A stretch of 64,000 nucleotides of DNA. Source: Eukaryota sp. TZLM1-RC. Lineage: Eukaryota > Protista > Metamonada: BaSk clade. The DNA is taken from assembly GCA_040285825.1 (NCBI GenBank), contig JAUPSS010000011.1, forward strand, positions 558,001-622,000. Reading direction: 5' to 3'. Below are positions 23,394 through 35,052 of the stretch, in pieces. A program made the position numbers and the translations under genes. Each line of letters begins with the position of its first letter. The stretch's first letter is position 1. The notes beneath the pieces were generated by a model. The model saw only the letters and a program-made list of their open reading frames with translations, was not told the DNA's origin and made no database searches.

Positions 23394-24926
23394 TTTTTTT
23401 TTTTCTTATTTATTTTTATTCAACAACAAATATGAAATACACAATTAAAACTCCACATCCTCAAAACCTGCCTACCCTACATCAAAACGATTAATTGCTA
23501 AAGATTCAGAAAATTTCCCAAAAGAAGATAGTGAATCAGAAATTAGTTTTACCATTCCCTTAAAAATAGAAAATACAATCCTGTTTTGCCAGTAAACACG
23601 ATTGAAAATTCTTCCAGTTCTTTCCTTTACAACTACAACAAAATCCTCAAGGAAAGCCATAGCAGCCTTACCTAGAGATCCAAGCAAAGAAAAAACAAAT
23701 GGACATAAATTATATTGGGCATAAGAATTTTCATTAACCGAGGAAATGGGTTTCGCATATTTAGCAATTTTATATTTTTCGCCTGCAAGAAGAGGATTAT
23801 TTACATCCGAGTTAATGAAATGTTCGTTAGAGGAATTACAAGGGTCAATAGACATGGCGTCCAAAATAGTAAAACTACCATTTAAACCAGGAACAACTAG
23901 ATCACCTCTAGTCAGACCCATAGAAGCTCTGTTGTAACGTGTACTATCAATATTGGGATCATCAAGAATTAATTTTGATAACAGCGGTTCTAAAAAGGAA
24001 TCTACTCGATATGATTTGCACATTACATAAATTTGGTCCCTAACGTTATTATGCACTTTGCTTCTAAACGTAATGAAATGTTTACAGTTCAAAAGATGAG
24101 TAAACAAAAGAGGTTTACCACATTTACAAGTTAAATGATTGGGCAAATTGTTTGGCCACAGAAAACAACGAAAACGCATGTTTAGAAGCCATTCATTGTC
24201 TTTTAACAAAAGTCCATAAACAGAGGGAACTTGAGTTACTAAAGCAGCAGCTGAACTATCACGAATATCCTTTAAAAAATTACCGAAAGCGGGATTTTTA
24301 GTTTTGGCCAAGCCAAGTCTTACTTCATAATCCAAGCCTTCATATAATTTAACCAGATGGTGCTGAAGCTTTTTCAAGCAAAAACGTAAATTTGGAAGTG
24401 ATCGGGTGGGAATTTCTTGAACATTTTGAGGAAAACACTGAATCCAGATATCACTAGGCAAATTATCTAATTCGATTTGAAGTTGATTCAAATAACAATT
24501 TGATTCACCATTGATCAGATGAACATCAAAAGGAAACCTTTGAAAAAATTCAAAAACAAAATTTTTACCACCTCCTAAAAAAGCTGCTTTACACAGAATC
24601 GAAGATTTGGTGAATCCAATTCCACCCAAATCTGCTGAACAAAATACATGACTTCGAATTAAAGATTCATTTACTTCTAATAAAGAAGAAAAAAATTTGA
24701 CTCGAAGTTTGTTAAAAGATCTGCAAAAATTGAGAGATACCGATGGGGGAGTTGACCTTAAAATATGAGTGAATTTTCCAGAATAACAAATTTTTAAAAT
24801 AAAAAATTTGATGTGTTTCTCAATGTCACATTCAGCAATCAAACTAAGATCCTTGTCAAACTTCTCCAATAAATTGTTAAATGGGAATAAATTTCATCCA
24901 AATTGCCAAGCCAACATCCAAGAAAC
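23394..24926 (-). mobile_element. Non-LTR retrotransposon subfamily D, 5'-truncated, with an open 465 aa frame
   Basis: RT thumb, CKCx7Hx3C knuckle, RGDL..D..EKYK RLE; poly(A); TSD TTTCGATTC(TTTTT) at 23385 and 24927. Confidence 0.9.
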
Positions 24927-25692
24927 TTTCGATTCTTTTTGAATATTATTATTATCTGAAACAACTTATTTAAAATAACAATGTTATCTGATCCTCATCA
25001 CTCATCGAGCTCCTACATGGTTGATTGAAGACATTGGGCCTACCAATGAATGTGATGGATGGTTACTTCCTGATGGCTACTGTCGCTGACCTGAGTAACA
25101 GATGTTTTGAAGACGTAAGTGACCAATCAGTCAAACCTGTGTCAATCATATGAACGATAATTGACTGAGAATTAAGAAAGCCTTATTTCTAAGATGTTAG
25201 AATATTTTTGAGAGAAATTCCCAGAAATTTCAATTCTTAGGATGCTTATAGTGTTGCTTTAATTTAATCCAGTTGAATCAAACTGATTTCCACTTTTATT
25301 TAAACACTGGTGCACAACAATCTCCTTTTTTTACTATGAAAGAATTTTTCAAAAGTGTCGGTAATAAGTGAAAACTCTAGTGATTACACGGATCTTGAAG
25401 CTGCAAAAGTAAGTTAAATTTATTTATTTCATTTATATATGCATATATTTATCTAACAGTAATTAATTCAAAGTCCAAGCGTCTATTTAATGAACTTTAT
25501 AACAAATGTATGATTTAGCAATATAATCACATTAAATAAATCGATACCAATAAATAAAATAAAAATCTGTTTCAAGTACCCTACCAAGACCAAGGGTTGA
25601 ATGAAACAAACAGTCTGTTGATGTTATTAAACAAGTAAAACACAAACTCAATTTAATTAATTTAATAGTTTTTAAACTGAATTAAATCACCA

Positions 25693-28596
25693 TCAAGCAG
25701 ATACGAGCTGACTTAATGGTAATGAATGATGGGCTACCGAGAGCACCGTTGTAGCTTTTCTTATAAAACTAGCAACTATTGATAAGGAAAATGTGAATAG
25801 AATGGCAGGGTAAAGCCCTAGAGTTGAATAGAAAAACGAAATACAAAAAATTTCAAAAATAGCAAAGTCAAGAGATTTCCCAAGAAAACTTCTATTTTTG
25901 ATTGATGATTCCGTGGATTGTACAAGATTTGATTGATTGTGAATTGATGGACTTAATCTGAGCCATGATTCCACAAATGATTGCTTGATTATATGGTTTC
26001 CGGTTATCAACTCATCAATCCATTTGATTAATTGCCCATTTGCTTTTGATTGTACTTTTCCCAACTGCTCAAAAGAGTTCAATTCTCGAGAATCACGTTC
26101 GTTCTTGTTGAAAATGATTGACCGCTGTTGAAGAGCACGTGATCTAGCACGTGAGGCTGCTGCCCAAGAACGGTCAAAAATAGATCGATCTTGTCCAGTT
26201 AAAAAAACCTCAAATATTTGGCAATGATCATCTTCACCAAAACCAACTTTGTTGAGAGAAACACCTCGTTTAGGTAACGTTCCTCGACTTTCCCCAATCA
26301 AAAATGATGTCAGTTCTGAGCTGGTGACGTCAGACCTTCCTGCAACACTTCTGCCGTGAATATAAAAACCAGAGAAGGGCTCATCCAGTACAAGCAAAGA
26401 GATGTTGGTTAGTGGTAATAGATCAAGAAATCTGTTCAAGGGCGACTGATACACCCATCTATTCAAAGGAATTTTGACTAAATAGATAATAATGAATGAA
26501 AGGAGATATACAAAAGAGACAGTCCCTAGCAACAAAATAAATGATTCAGGAGCCAAATCAGAAACGGAAAGTGATGACAAAGACCAACGTGATAGTTGAA
26601 AATACCCCAGAATAAGGGAGGTCAAAAAACAAAGGGAGAAGGGATCACATGCTCTAATTGACTGTAAACTTGCCCAAATTTTGGCAATGTACACACTGCG
26701 CCAACAGGAAGGATTTTCAGAATTTTCCCAGTCAACTAAAAAAATGTCACTATAAAAAGAGGAAATGCAGGTCAAGAAAATTCTAATTGATGACGTGATC
26801 AAACAAATCAAAAAGACATTATAAACAAAAGAAAAAGATTCTTCATTTGGTAACAAAAGTACAATGATTCCTTGAAATCGAAAGACAACAAGGTAAAAAA
26901 GACTAACTAAAAGTAAAAAAACACCGAAATAGTTTGAAATAATTCTACAAATAGAATTGACTCCATTAAAGATGGAGTGGGAGAGAAAGGAATTGTTGAC
27001 GTGGCGTTGGTTGTAAACATAAAGATCCACTCCCCATCTTACTAGGCAAAGAGCGGTAATAGACCACAAGAGACCATTGGTAAGGGAAAGTAAAGTGGAA
27101 GAATCGGAAACTGTGTGGGATGAGAAAGTCGTGATTGGGAAGCTGCGACTAGAAACACGATTGTCAGTCACCAATGACGTGATGGGAGACAAGCTTCCCT
27201 TGTCGAGTCGGTCAAAAATGCCACTGGTCAATTCAATTCCTTCAGAATTCTCCAGACTAGACGTAATTACCTCTTCATACTCAATAGAAAGAATGGGAGG
27301 TAAAAGCAGAACTTTGCCCAACGACTGAGGAGTGGTTCTAAACATTAGGTCAACTTTCTTGGCGAAACGAATGACTGTGGGCGTGGTGGAAGAAGAAGTT
27401 GATCCAAAAACATGGTCAAAAAGGAAGAATCTTCTTGAAAGTGTCAAAAATGGGGAGGAAAGGTCATAATTATCATCATTATTGACCATTCTGACAGGAA
27501 CAGGAAGAAACTCATCATTGTAAACCAAAAACATTTCAGCAAAGAAAGGTAAAGGACTAGAACTAATCAAATCTAAAAGATCAAAAGTACACGTAATGTC
27601 CACGTCATTCCCAAAGACTTCCCAAGACTGATGCTTGACTTTCCTTGACTGTGACGTGGCGGTAACCCCACAAAAACTCAACAAACTAGAATCAGAGTAA
27701 CCCTTAAACTCACCATCTAATGCCCACAGACCCAATCTCAAATCAAGATTACTTCCAATGCCCAACACAGGCCAATCAGATGATTCCCTCAGAGCAGAAG
27801 CAGGGTCTTCATAAGTGACAAAGGGAAAATCATCAAGTTCAGAGATGGACTCACAGAGGGATGATTCAGAAGAAAAATAGGTGAGAGAGCAAAGGTTGAG
27901 GAGAGTGTTGCAAGGGGCCAAGGAGGATGAATTACCAACAAAAGAAGGATTCTCGAGCAATGTTTTGCATTGTAGATAAGCAGGACGGAAGAGCTGACGG
28001 ACAAGAAAGGAATCTACTGTGATTGGATTAGAAGAAGTTGAAGGATGAAAGGAAAGTTGGGAATGTGATGGAAACCTGGAGAGAACAGAAGTCAGATCAG
28101 CTTGCGAGAGGCAAGAAGAAAAGGCAAATGAATAGTCGGAAGGGCATTGACACTGGTCTTCAATAATGGAGAGGCCTCCACCATTGGAAGAGCAAGGAAG
28201 GCAGTGTTGGCTAGAGGGTGATGGTCTGACTGTGTTGGGAGGACAGGGTGAGCAGATGAGGGTTGAAAGGTTGGAGACTGTGAGGTAATCTGTTAAAGAG
28301 GGACAAGTACACTCTCCTTTGTTATAATCAGCCTCACATGGTAAACAAGATGCTCTATCAAGTGAAACAGCAGTAGTGTTGAGAGCACAAGAAACACAGG
28401 ATAGTGCTCCCTCATCACTACTAACAGTTGCATGGCCAGGGTAACAGGAGCATATAGAACCATCACCTAAAGAACCATCAGGACAAGTTTCACACTTTAA
28501 ACTAATAGGATGCAGATATTCATCTTCACTGCAAGTTGGACTAGCCAAAGAATGAAATAAGAGGATACTGAATGTGCAAAGCAAGAGCAGCTTCAT
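25693..28596 (-). CDS. TMEM67: Meckelin (ciliary transition-zone protein)
   Basis: Signal peptide, Cys-rich N-terminus, RRFFLFD, DIFLVDWE, WRSVYIA and GFYIHGRS motifs, multiple TMs. Confidence 0.92.
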   Translation of the reverse strand: MKLLLLCTFSILLFHSLASPTCSEDEYLHPISLKCETCPDGSLGDGSICSCYPGHATVSSDEGALSCVSCALNTTAVSLDRASCLPCEADYNKGECTCPSLTDYLTVSNLSTLICSPCPPNTVRPSPSSQHCLPCSSNGGGLSIIEDQCQCPSDYSFAFSSCLSQADLTSVLSRFPSHSQLSFHPSTSSNPITVDSFLVRQLFRPAYLQCKTLLENPSFVGNSSSLAPCNTLLNLCSLTYFSSESSLCESISELDDFPFVTYEDPASALRESSDWPVLGIGSNLDLRLGLWALDGEFKGYSDSSLLSFCGVTATSQSRKVKHQSWEVFGNDVDITCTFDLLDLISSSPLPFFAEMFLVYNDEFLPVPVRMVNNDDNYDLSSPFLTLSRRFFLFDHVFGSTSSSTTPTVIRFAKKVDLMFRTTPQSLGKVLLLPPILSIEYEEVITSSLENSEGIELTSGIFDRLDKGSLSPITSLVTDNRVSSRSFPITTFSSHTVSDSSTLLSLTNGLLWSITALCLVRWGVDLYVYNQRHVNNSFLSHSIFNGVNSICRIISNYFGVFLLLVSLFYLVVFRFQGIIVLLLPNEESFSFVYNVFLICLITSSIRIFLTCISSFYSDIFLVDWENSENPSCWRSVYIAKIWASLQSIRACDPFSLCFLTSLILGYFQLSRWSLSSLSVSDLAPESFILLLGTVSFVYLLSFIIIYLVKIPLNRWVYQSPLNRFLDLLPLTNISLLVLDEPFSGFYIHGRSVAGRSDVTSSELTSFLIGESRGTLPKRGVSLNKVGFGEDDHCQIFEVFLTGQDRSIFDRSWAAASRARSRALQQRSIIFNKNERDSRELNSFEQLGKVQSKANGQLIKWIDELITGNHIIKQSFVESWLRLSPSIHNQSNLVQSTESSIKNRSFLGKSLDFAIFEIFCISFFYSTLGLYPAILFTFSLSIVASFIRKATTVLSVAHHSLPLSQLVSA

Positions 28597-30143
28597 TCTT
28601 ATAGATATTATCTATAACTATGAAATAAGTGTCAATAGAGACACTGAAGGACTGAGTCTTTTCTGATTTATTTTCTCCTCAATACATTCTTTTGAACCTT
28701 CAACAACCTTGGCTTTTTGTTGGTATACCGGTCTATCTTCACCATTTACATGTGCTTCCATCACTGCCAACATATTCAGCGAAGAATTTCAATCTCTTTT
28801 CCACAAACTTTCGCATGATTTCCACATGGTAAGCCCGTGACGAATAGACATCTCTTGCATCTTCCATGGCCTAGGATTTCTGCACCATCGGAATGTTTCA
28901 ACTGTTTTCTCCGATCTCTTACAGTTGAAACAGCAGCAACTGGTTCGAAAGTCATCAATTAAAAAGACCTTATAACCAGCTTTTTTAAATAGAATTCTCA
29001 AACCTTTTCCTTTGTTAGGTTCTTTGAATTTCATGTGTTTTCGTTGTTCCCAGTCTCCGATTCCAATAACTACTTGGCTGGGATCACCAATTACTGATTT
29101 GAATCTCTGAATCATTATTGCCTCAAATCTTGTGCGATTAATCTCAGCCCACCACCTTAGTTTCCTAAATATTTTTTGATGATAGACTTGACCAACAATA
29201 CTATTCACAAAATTTCTCTTGTTTAATATACTCCATAAATCTTTCAAACCTGCAGCTTTTGGAATTGAATTGGGATAAAGTTGCTTCCCATTCTGCTACA
29301 GATTTAGTTTTTTTGATCAGTGTTATTCAAATTTAATGAGTAATCAATTTCGTGGGGAATATTGATTTCTTGAGGTACTTTTCTTCTTAATAAACTAATT
29401 GTTCTTTCAGTCATTTGATTAATCATACTGCTGTTTAAATCCATCCTTTGTTGTTGCTCTTCAGATGGTTTATAATTGGATAGATCAATCACTCTACCAG
29501 TAGAGTTACTTATTGTGATAGGAGTGTCATTCCGTTTGCTGTCTCTTATTCTTTTGAATTTGAAACTTTTCGATTCAAATCTTCGTTGATTTTGAGTGCA
29601 ACCGAAATGAACATATTTATCTGTCTCAGGCTTTTTTGAATAAGTCATTCCTGTAGCTAAATTGGCAGAAAAAGAGTAGATCATATTTACATGGATCAGC
29701 AGCAGCAACGGTCATATCTTGAAATTGAGAAATGCTAATGCTGGGTGATCAATACATTTTTCTTTTTCTTTGAATTCTTATGCAGTTACTTTGTATTTTT
29801 TCAAGTCAATTCTAGAATGAATGAATGATACTGCTATTCCATCAGTCTCAATGCTAGTCACGATGTACTTGGAACTTTCTAAATAAAGTTTCGGGTTTTT
29901 AATCTCGTTTATTTTCAAAATGGTGTCCCGTAAAACAAAATCAGCAGCTTGATTATTACACTGATAAGACGACTTTTGACTAAGAATGTCCTTGTATTCG
30001 GCAAAGAACAAGTCCAATAAACTTGTCTTGTCAATTCTGATATAGGAGGGAAAACAAGAATTTTGAAAAGGCAGAGCATGAAAGAGTTTGCTCTCATCAC
30101 CTTCTAAATAATTATTAAAATAGAACATGGCACTTAAACACAA
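28597..30143 (-). mobile_element. Fanzor1 element, family 1 copy 2 (5'-truncated, disrupted)
   Basis: Collinear with 14560-16006: IETDGIAVS, AADP, GIGDWEQRKH, LIDDFRTSCCCFNC, WKRD*N; same terminal hairpins (28599-28617 and 28628-28645). Confidence 0.87.
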
Positions 30144-30174
30144 ATTAAATTTTGAGGAAGAATTAAATTTTGAA

Positions 30175-31060
30175 TTAATGTTAGACTTGGTTTTGGTAGG
30201 AACATAATCCCGCTTTTGCAGATCTTTTTACAAGATATGTGTGATAGTACATCTTCTGCTTGAGTAACAACAATTCCTCAAGTTTATGGCACTCTCTTAA
30301 CTGATTCTGCTTGGACTTTGAATATGAGACTTCATTCCATTTTCTGGCCTGATAATTTACCTCATAATTTAATTTGTAAATGTAGTAGAAAAATTACAAT
30401 TACTCATTTGTTAAATTGTAAGCAATTTATTACTTTTAGGAGCAAGTTTCACGATGCTATCAGAGACCAATTATAGTGTATGTGTTTGTCTCATAGAATT
30501 AAACCTTTTCTGTAACCTATGTTGTCAAATCTGTGTGATACTGAGGATGATTTTCATAAGAACAAAAGAGGTGATATCATATTACCTTGATTATATAGAA
30601 CCTTCATTGAAGTGGATGTAATGTCTGTTGATCCTTGTAATGTCTCACATGAAAGGCTTGCTAATTCTGAGATTCATAATCCTCTTTCTAATGCTGAAAA
30701 TTTCAAAATTAAATGGTGAAATGAACCTTTGTCCAAATTGTCAGCCAATATCATGCAAAATACAATTTGTATCCCGTTTTATTTTCTCTTTTTGGTTCAC
30801 TTGCTTTTCACGGCTTTACGTTTTTGGCAGATTTTGAAATGATTGTAAAGAAAAGAACCAATAAAAGTTTTAACAAAGTATTTTGGCAAAATAGCTTTGT
30901 GTTTTCTGTATTTGAAGGAATGGTGAAGATGGTTTCTGATGCTTTGCATTCTCTTGGATCTCACTATGAGAGAGTTGCATCTAGTTGTTTTGTTTTGGGA
31001 GAGTTAATATATTTAGATGTTGATTTATAAGTTGTTCAATAAATAATTGTTATTAAAAAA
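30175..31060 (+). mobile_element. Degenerate subfamily B non-LTR copy
   Basis: Homologous to 2612-3700; ends in LDVDL, AATAAA and an A tract. Confidence 0.83.
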
Positions 31061-31162
31061 TATTAGCATTTAAAAATCAACAATGTTGATTAAGACCACT
31101 GCTCAAAATATTTAAATTTTAAAAACCTCCAATTAGATAGCTTTGGCCTACTCTGTTGTAGC

Positions 31163-31990
31163 ATGAGCTGTGTACCCGAGGCTGCAGAATCACTGGAGGA
31201 GTTCGTGGAAGCAATCAAGCTTCATCCCCTCGTATCTAACGTCTCATATACCCCCTTACTTTCTGTAGATGAATCTGACATCAAACATTGGGAGTCTGTC
31301 AATTCTCCCTTCATTTTACCCTCAGACTTTTGCAGCTTTTGCCTTAATCACAATGGTTTAGACCTATCTTTTGATATTACTTTATCTGATTCACAGTTCT
31401 CTCTAGGAAAACTAACTATTTCCAGCTTACAAACACTTACCCGTATAAGAGCACTGGATTACAATGACCGTTCTGCCTTGGATTTAGCCATTCCTCTTCC
31501 CCATCCACACTCGAAATCACTTACCAGGACCACCCTTTCTGGAGCTGCCGCCTTTGAACTAATCAATGACCCCTCCCATCTTGGGGGGAGACTTTGTTTC
31601 TTTTTCAAGGAAGGAACTGTTGAAGAACCTGAGATTTGGTTTCAAGATTTAACATGTGAGTGGTGGTTTGTTTGTACTTCCTTTACAGACTTGTTGCGGC
31701 TCTTCATTTCCCATTGCTGTCTTCCCCGGTGGACTCTTCTCTTCACAGATACAGAGCCTGATCAGTCTTGCCTTTGTTGGCTTAGACTCTTTGTTCCCAA
31801 AAGATTAAACTTGGATCTCGATTACCAGCATAGGAGGAGAGTTAATGGTAGTTTGTCTTTGTCATTAGAAAGGTTGGACAGTGTTGTTATCAATACTCCA
31901 AAGCTTGACACGTCACGTTTGCAATCACTTTTGATTGATCAAGATCATATGAGTAAAAGAGAAAAAAAAGATAGTGGTCGGAAACGCTGA
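31163..31990 (+). CDS. TPGS2: Tubulin polyglutamylase complex subunit 2 (SMI1/KNR4-like)
   Basis: IKHWE...LPSDF..F...NGL, EIWFQD..CEWWFV..SF...RL....LPRW.LLFT. Confidence 0.8.
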   Translation: MSCVPEAAESLEEFVEAIKLHPLVSNVSYTPLLSVDESDIKHWESVNSPFILPSDFCSFCLNHNGLDLSFDITLSDSQFSLGKLTISSLQTLTRIRALDYNDRSALDLAIPLPHPHSKSLTRTTLSGAAAFELINDPSHLGGRLCFFFKEGTVEEPEIWFQDLTCEWWFVCTSFTDLLRLFISHCCLPRWTLLFTDTEPDQSCLCWLRLFVPKRLNLDLDYQHRRRVNGSLSLSLERLDSVVINTPKLDTSRLQSLLIDQDHMSKREKKDSGRKR

Positions 31991-32312
31991 TGCGTTGTTG
32001 TCTGTTTCCTTTTTAGTTTTTCCAGTGTTCAGATTGTTTGAGGGTCTATTAGTTGTAATTGGAAATGTCAGGAGTTTTTACTCTTATCTGAATGGCTCCT
32101 ATTCCTTTTCTGTAATGTAAGTAATTTGTCCTGTAGTTGAAGTTTTAAACATTTGATGTTATATTTGATCATTAAATTAAATCAATATTTGATTGTTTAA
32201 TGGTACTGTACTGCAAAGAGTGTTAAGTTTATCATTTTAATAAAAAATATAAGCAAATCATTAATTTGTAGTAATACATTTTATTTATAACATAAAACAA
32301 ATAAATTAAGAA

Positions 32313-32804
32313 TTATGTAAACTTGGCATTTGAGAAATCAAAGTTTGGATGTTGTTGTTGAAGTTTCTTTAGCATGTCCTGCTGCTCGCGCTCCTTTGAT
32401 GTTGGAAGACCACTTGCCTTGGCTCTTTGATCAAACATCATTTTCTCAACCATTTGACGAGTTTCACCGTCCAGGTCTGACAAATTAGAGTTTTCAGGTT
32501 GCATTTTGGTAACATCAATTTCTGGGTAACCCTGAAAAGGAGTTGACCACCACTCCATTTGCTTGTCTTTAACTATGGTGACAATGACCTCAGGACCATC
32601 CTTCATCCAAAGACAGTCCTTCACGCGGACATCTTTATGAGTAGGAGCGTCAATTATCAGCTCTTGGCCCTTTAAACCAAATTTGAAGTGGTTTCTGCTA
32701 AACTCGCAGATGATGTCCTTACCTCTGACTCCTTCACCAACGTTGAAAGTTACAGAGACGTCTTGTAGAGTTTGTTCAAAAGTGTAAGGAGCAGCTTTGG
32801 TCAT
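32313..32804 (-). CDS. NUDC: Nuclear movement protein NudC (CS domain co-chaperone)
   Basis: YTFEQTLQDV, QPENSNLSDLDGETRQMVEKMMFDQR, HPNFDFSNAKF; first ATG at 32804. Confidence 0.92.
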   Translation of the reverse strand: MTKAAPYTFEQTLQDVSVTFNVGEGVRGKDIICEFSRNHFKFGLKGQELIIDAPTHKDVRVKDCLWMKDGPEVIVTIVKDKQMEWWSTPFQGYPEIDVTKMQPENSNLSDLDGETRQMVEKMMFDQRAKASGLPTSKEREQQDMLKKLQQQHPNFDFSNAKFT

Positions 32805-33019
32805 TGTGAAAAGTATGGAAAAAAATTGAGTTTTTTTGATTTCACCATCAGTTTTGATTTCTAGCAAAGTATACTTTTGCAAAGTATTGGAATAGTAACG
32901 AAATGGGTTGTTTGAATATGTTGGATGTATTTGATTACTGGCTGATGAAGAGGTAAGACCTGTACATCGTACGAATTAGTTTATTATTACTGACCAAAAT
33001 CTAGTCATGGTTTATGTCA

Positions 33020-34174
33020 CTAATGAACAAATGCAGGAACAAATTTAACAACACCATTGCTATAGCCACAAACTAATAAAGAACCACCCTTGAAATACTG
33101 AGCCCATTTCACAACTACTGGTTCTCCCCACGATGGTTCAAAAGCCACATTTCCAATAAAACCCAACTCAAAACTAGGGGAAATTGCGAATAACAAAACT
33201 AAGTGCAATCCTTTAATGGTAATTGCCATTCTACTACATTTTGGATCTATAGTGACCCTTGAGATACTGGGAATAGGATCAGAGTCATCAACAGAATCCA
33301 TCAAAAAAGAGTCTAAAGCAATACTTGACTGAGACAACTTCCATTCATCAAAGTGCCTGGTCAAAAAGAATAATCGTGATTCATCAGCAATCACTGCCAG
33401 CTCATCAGTCCAGCAACCACATGTGAGACTTGAATTACCTGGTAAAGTCCAAGAAGAGCGTGTAAGGGAGGGGTAAGTGGTGGTTAGTAGGAATTTGTTT
33501 GGATAAACAAAAAGTGTGTCATTGGAAGAAGAAAGAGATGTGGAAAGTAATGGGGAACGTGGATGTGATAAAAAAACTTTAAAAGTTGAATCTCCTATTG
33601 AATAAATAAAGTTTGTTTTATGAGTACTTGCAATCAAAAATGATCCATCATGTGACCATTCCAACTCTATAACGTCATCATTATGATGGTGACGTGGCAA
33701 AGGGATGAATGATGCAGTGGGGGGAGTGAGATCTTCCGTTGAGATAAAATGTTGAGCCGAAGAGAAGATCCATGGTCTAGATTTTGTCTGTCGGTGTCCT
33801 AGAGACAGTTGACCATGACACAGTTGGTACAACCATATCAAAACTCCTCCTTTCACACCACAAGCAAGGGTTTGGGTTTTGTCAGGTCGCCATCCGATAA
33901 CTGAAGCATTCTCTTGCTTTAAATGATGTAGATCTATAGGTGAACGATCGGTATTGTTTTGATAATCGGTAATTCTAATAGAACCATCTGAAAGCAAAAC
34001 TGCGATGATTGGTGTGAATCGGTGAAATGAAACAGATTGTATAACACTGGCTGATGAAGTGGGAAGAGAGAACTGTAGTTCGGCCATAGTGAGTCCATTT
34101 TCTGCAAACTTTGGAGGAAGTGAACCATCAGGACACGGAAATATTCGTTCTCCTAGCTCATATAATGTAACCAT
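33020..34174 (-). CDS. AAAS: Aladin-like WD40 nucleoporin
   Basis: LHHLKQ...IGWRP...LACG..GGVLIW, DPKCSRMAI, FKGGSLLVCGYSNG; start codon uncertain (34174 or 34252). Confidence 0.72.
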   Translation of the reverse strand: MVTLYELGERIFPCPDGSLPPKFAENGLTMAELQFSLPTSSASVIQSVSFHRFTPIIAVLLSDGSIRITDYQNNTDRSPIDLHHLKQENASVIGWRPDKTQTLACGVKGGVLIWLYQLCHGQLSLGHRQTKSRPWIFSSAQHFISTEDLTPPTASFIPLPRHHHNDDVIELEWSHDGSFLIASTHKTNFIYSIGDSTFKVFLSHPRSPLLSTSLSSSNDTLFVYPNKFLLTTTYPSLTRSSWTLPGNSSLTCGCWTDELAVIADESRLFFLTRHFDEWKLSQSSIALDSFLMDSVDDSDPIPSISRVTIDPKCSRMAITIKGLHLVLLFAISPSFELGFIGNVAFEPSWGEPVVVKWAQYFKGGSLLVCGYSNGVVKFVPAFVH

Positions 34175-34267
34175 AGAAGTAAAAAGAGCAGTGTATTTGA
34201 CAAAGAATGACAAGAATTGTGCATTCTTGGAAAATATAATATAATATGACAATATGTTAAAAACTAT

Positions 34268-34993
34268 TCACCTTATCGCTCGTATAAACTGATTTGATGC
34301 AAACGAATGAGCATCTGGGTAAAGTATTCGTAGCTTTTGTATTAACAGAGACCATGTAGAAACTTCCCTTTTCAGATGTTGATTTAAATCTCTCTTTGGT
34401 TTAATATTATTTTCTAGTGTAGCTAGCTCTTTTTTAATTAATTCAATATTTCTGTACATATCGTCTATAGTCATTGATGAAACACTGGGCTGCACAGATG
34501 TCATAGGAACCAAGTCAGCATGTCGACGCTTCCTTTTGATGGGAAAATCTAACTCAAGATCTTTACAATCGGGACACGTTAGAGGTGCTCTGCCCTGTTT
34601 AGAATGTTCAAACTCCTTTTGTTAGTAATTGAAGAACAAACCCTGCCACAATCCTTACACATAAGTATTTTTGGTTCAGGTTTTACCTCACGACATTCAG
34701 AACAATTTCGGGGAGGCTAAAGTAAGGATAGAGATACAAGAGCAAACTTTTCCACGAGATGAATGAACGAATTCATTACCACAGGTTTCACAAACAGTAG
34801 CCTTTACAACATCAGGTGAACTGTCTTCTGGCAAATAAGTGGTCTTTTTGGGAAGTGCAGCAGGAAAAGTTTGCTTACAAGAAGGGCAGGCATGGGGAAG
34901 TCTGCCTCTTTGCCTCTGACGCACAAAAGTTTTTTCACAGACTTCACATAATAAAGTCTGAAATCCAGAAGCATCTTCCGAAAGGAGTACCAT
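34268..34993 (-). CDS. Protein with three CxxC...CxxC zinc-ribbon repeats and a C-terminal coiled coil; introns 34717-34747 (31 nt) and 34616-34641 (26 nt)
   Basis: Splicing two GTTTG...AG introns joins the ORFs: CEVC..CPSC, CETC..CSEC, CKDC..CPDC, each with a GR/GK-x-P linker. Confidence 0.75.
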
Positions 34994-35052
34994 TAAAAAG
35001 AACTATTAATGGGAAGTAAAAAATCTGATTTTGCTGATAATCTGATTATCTT

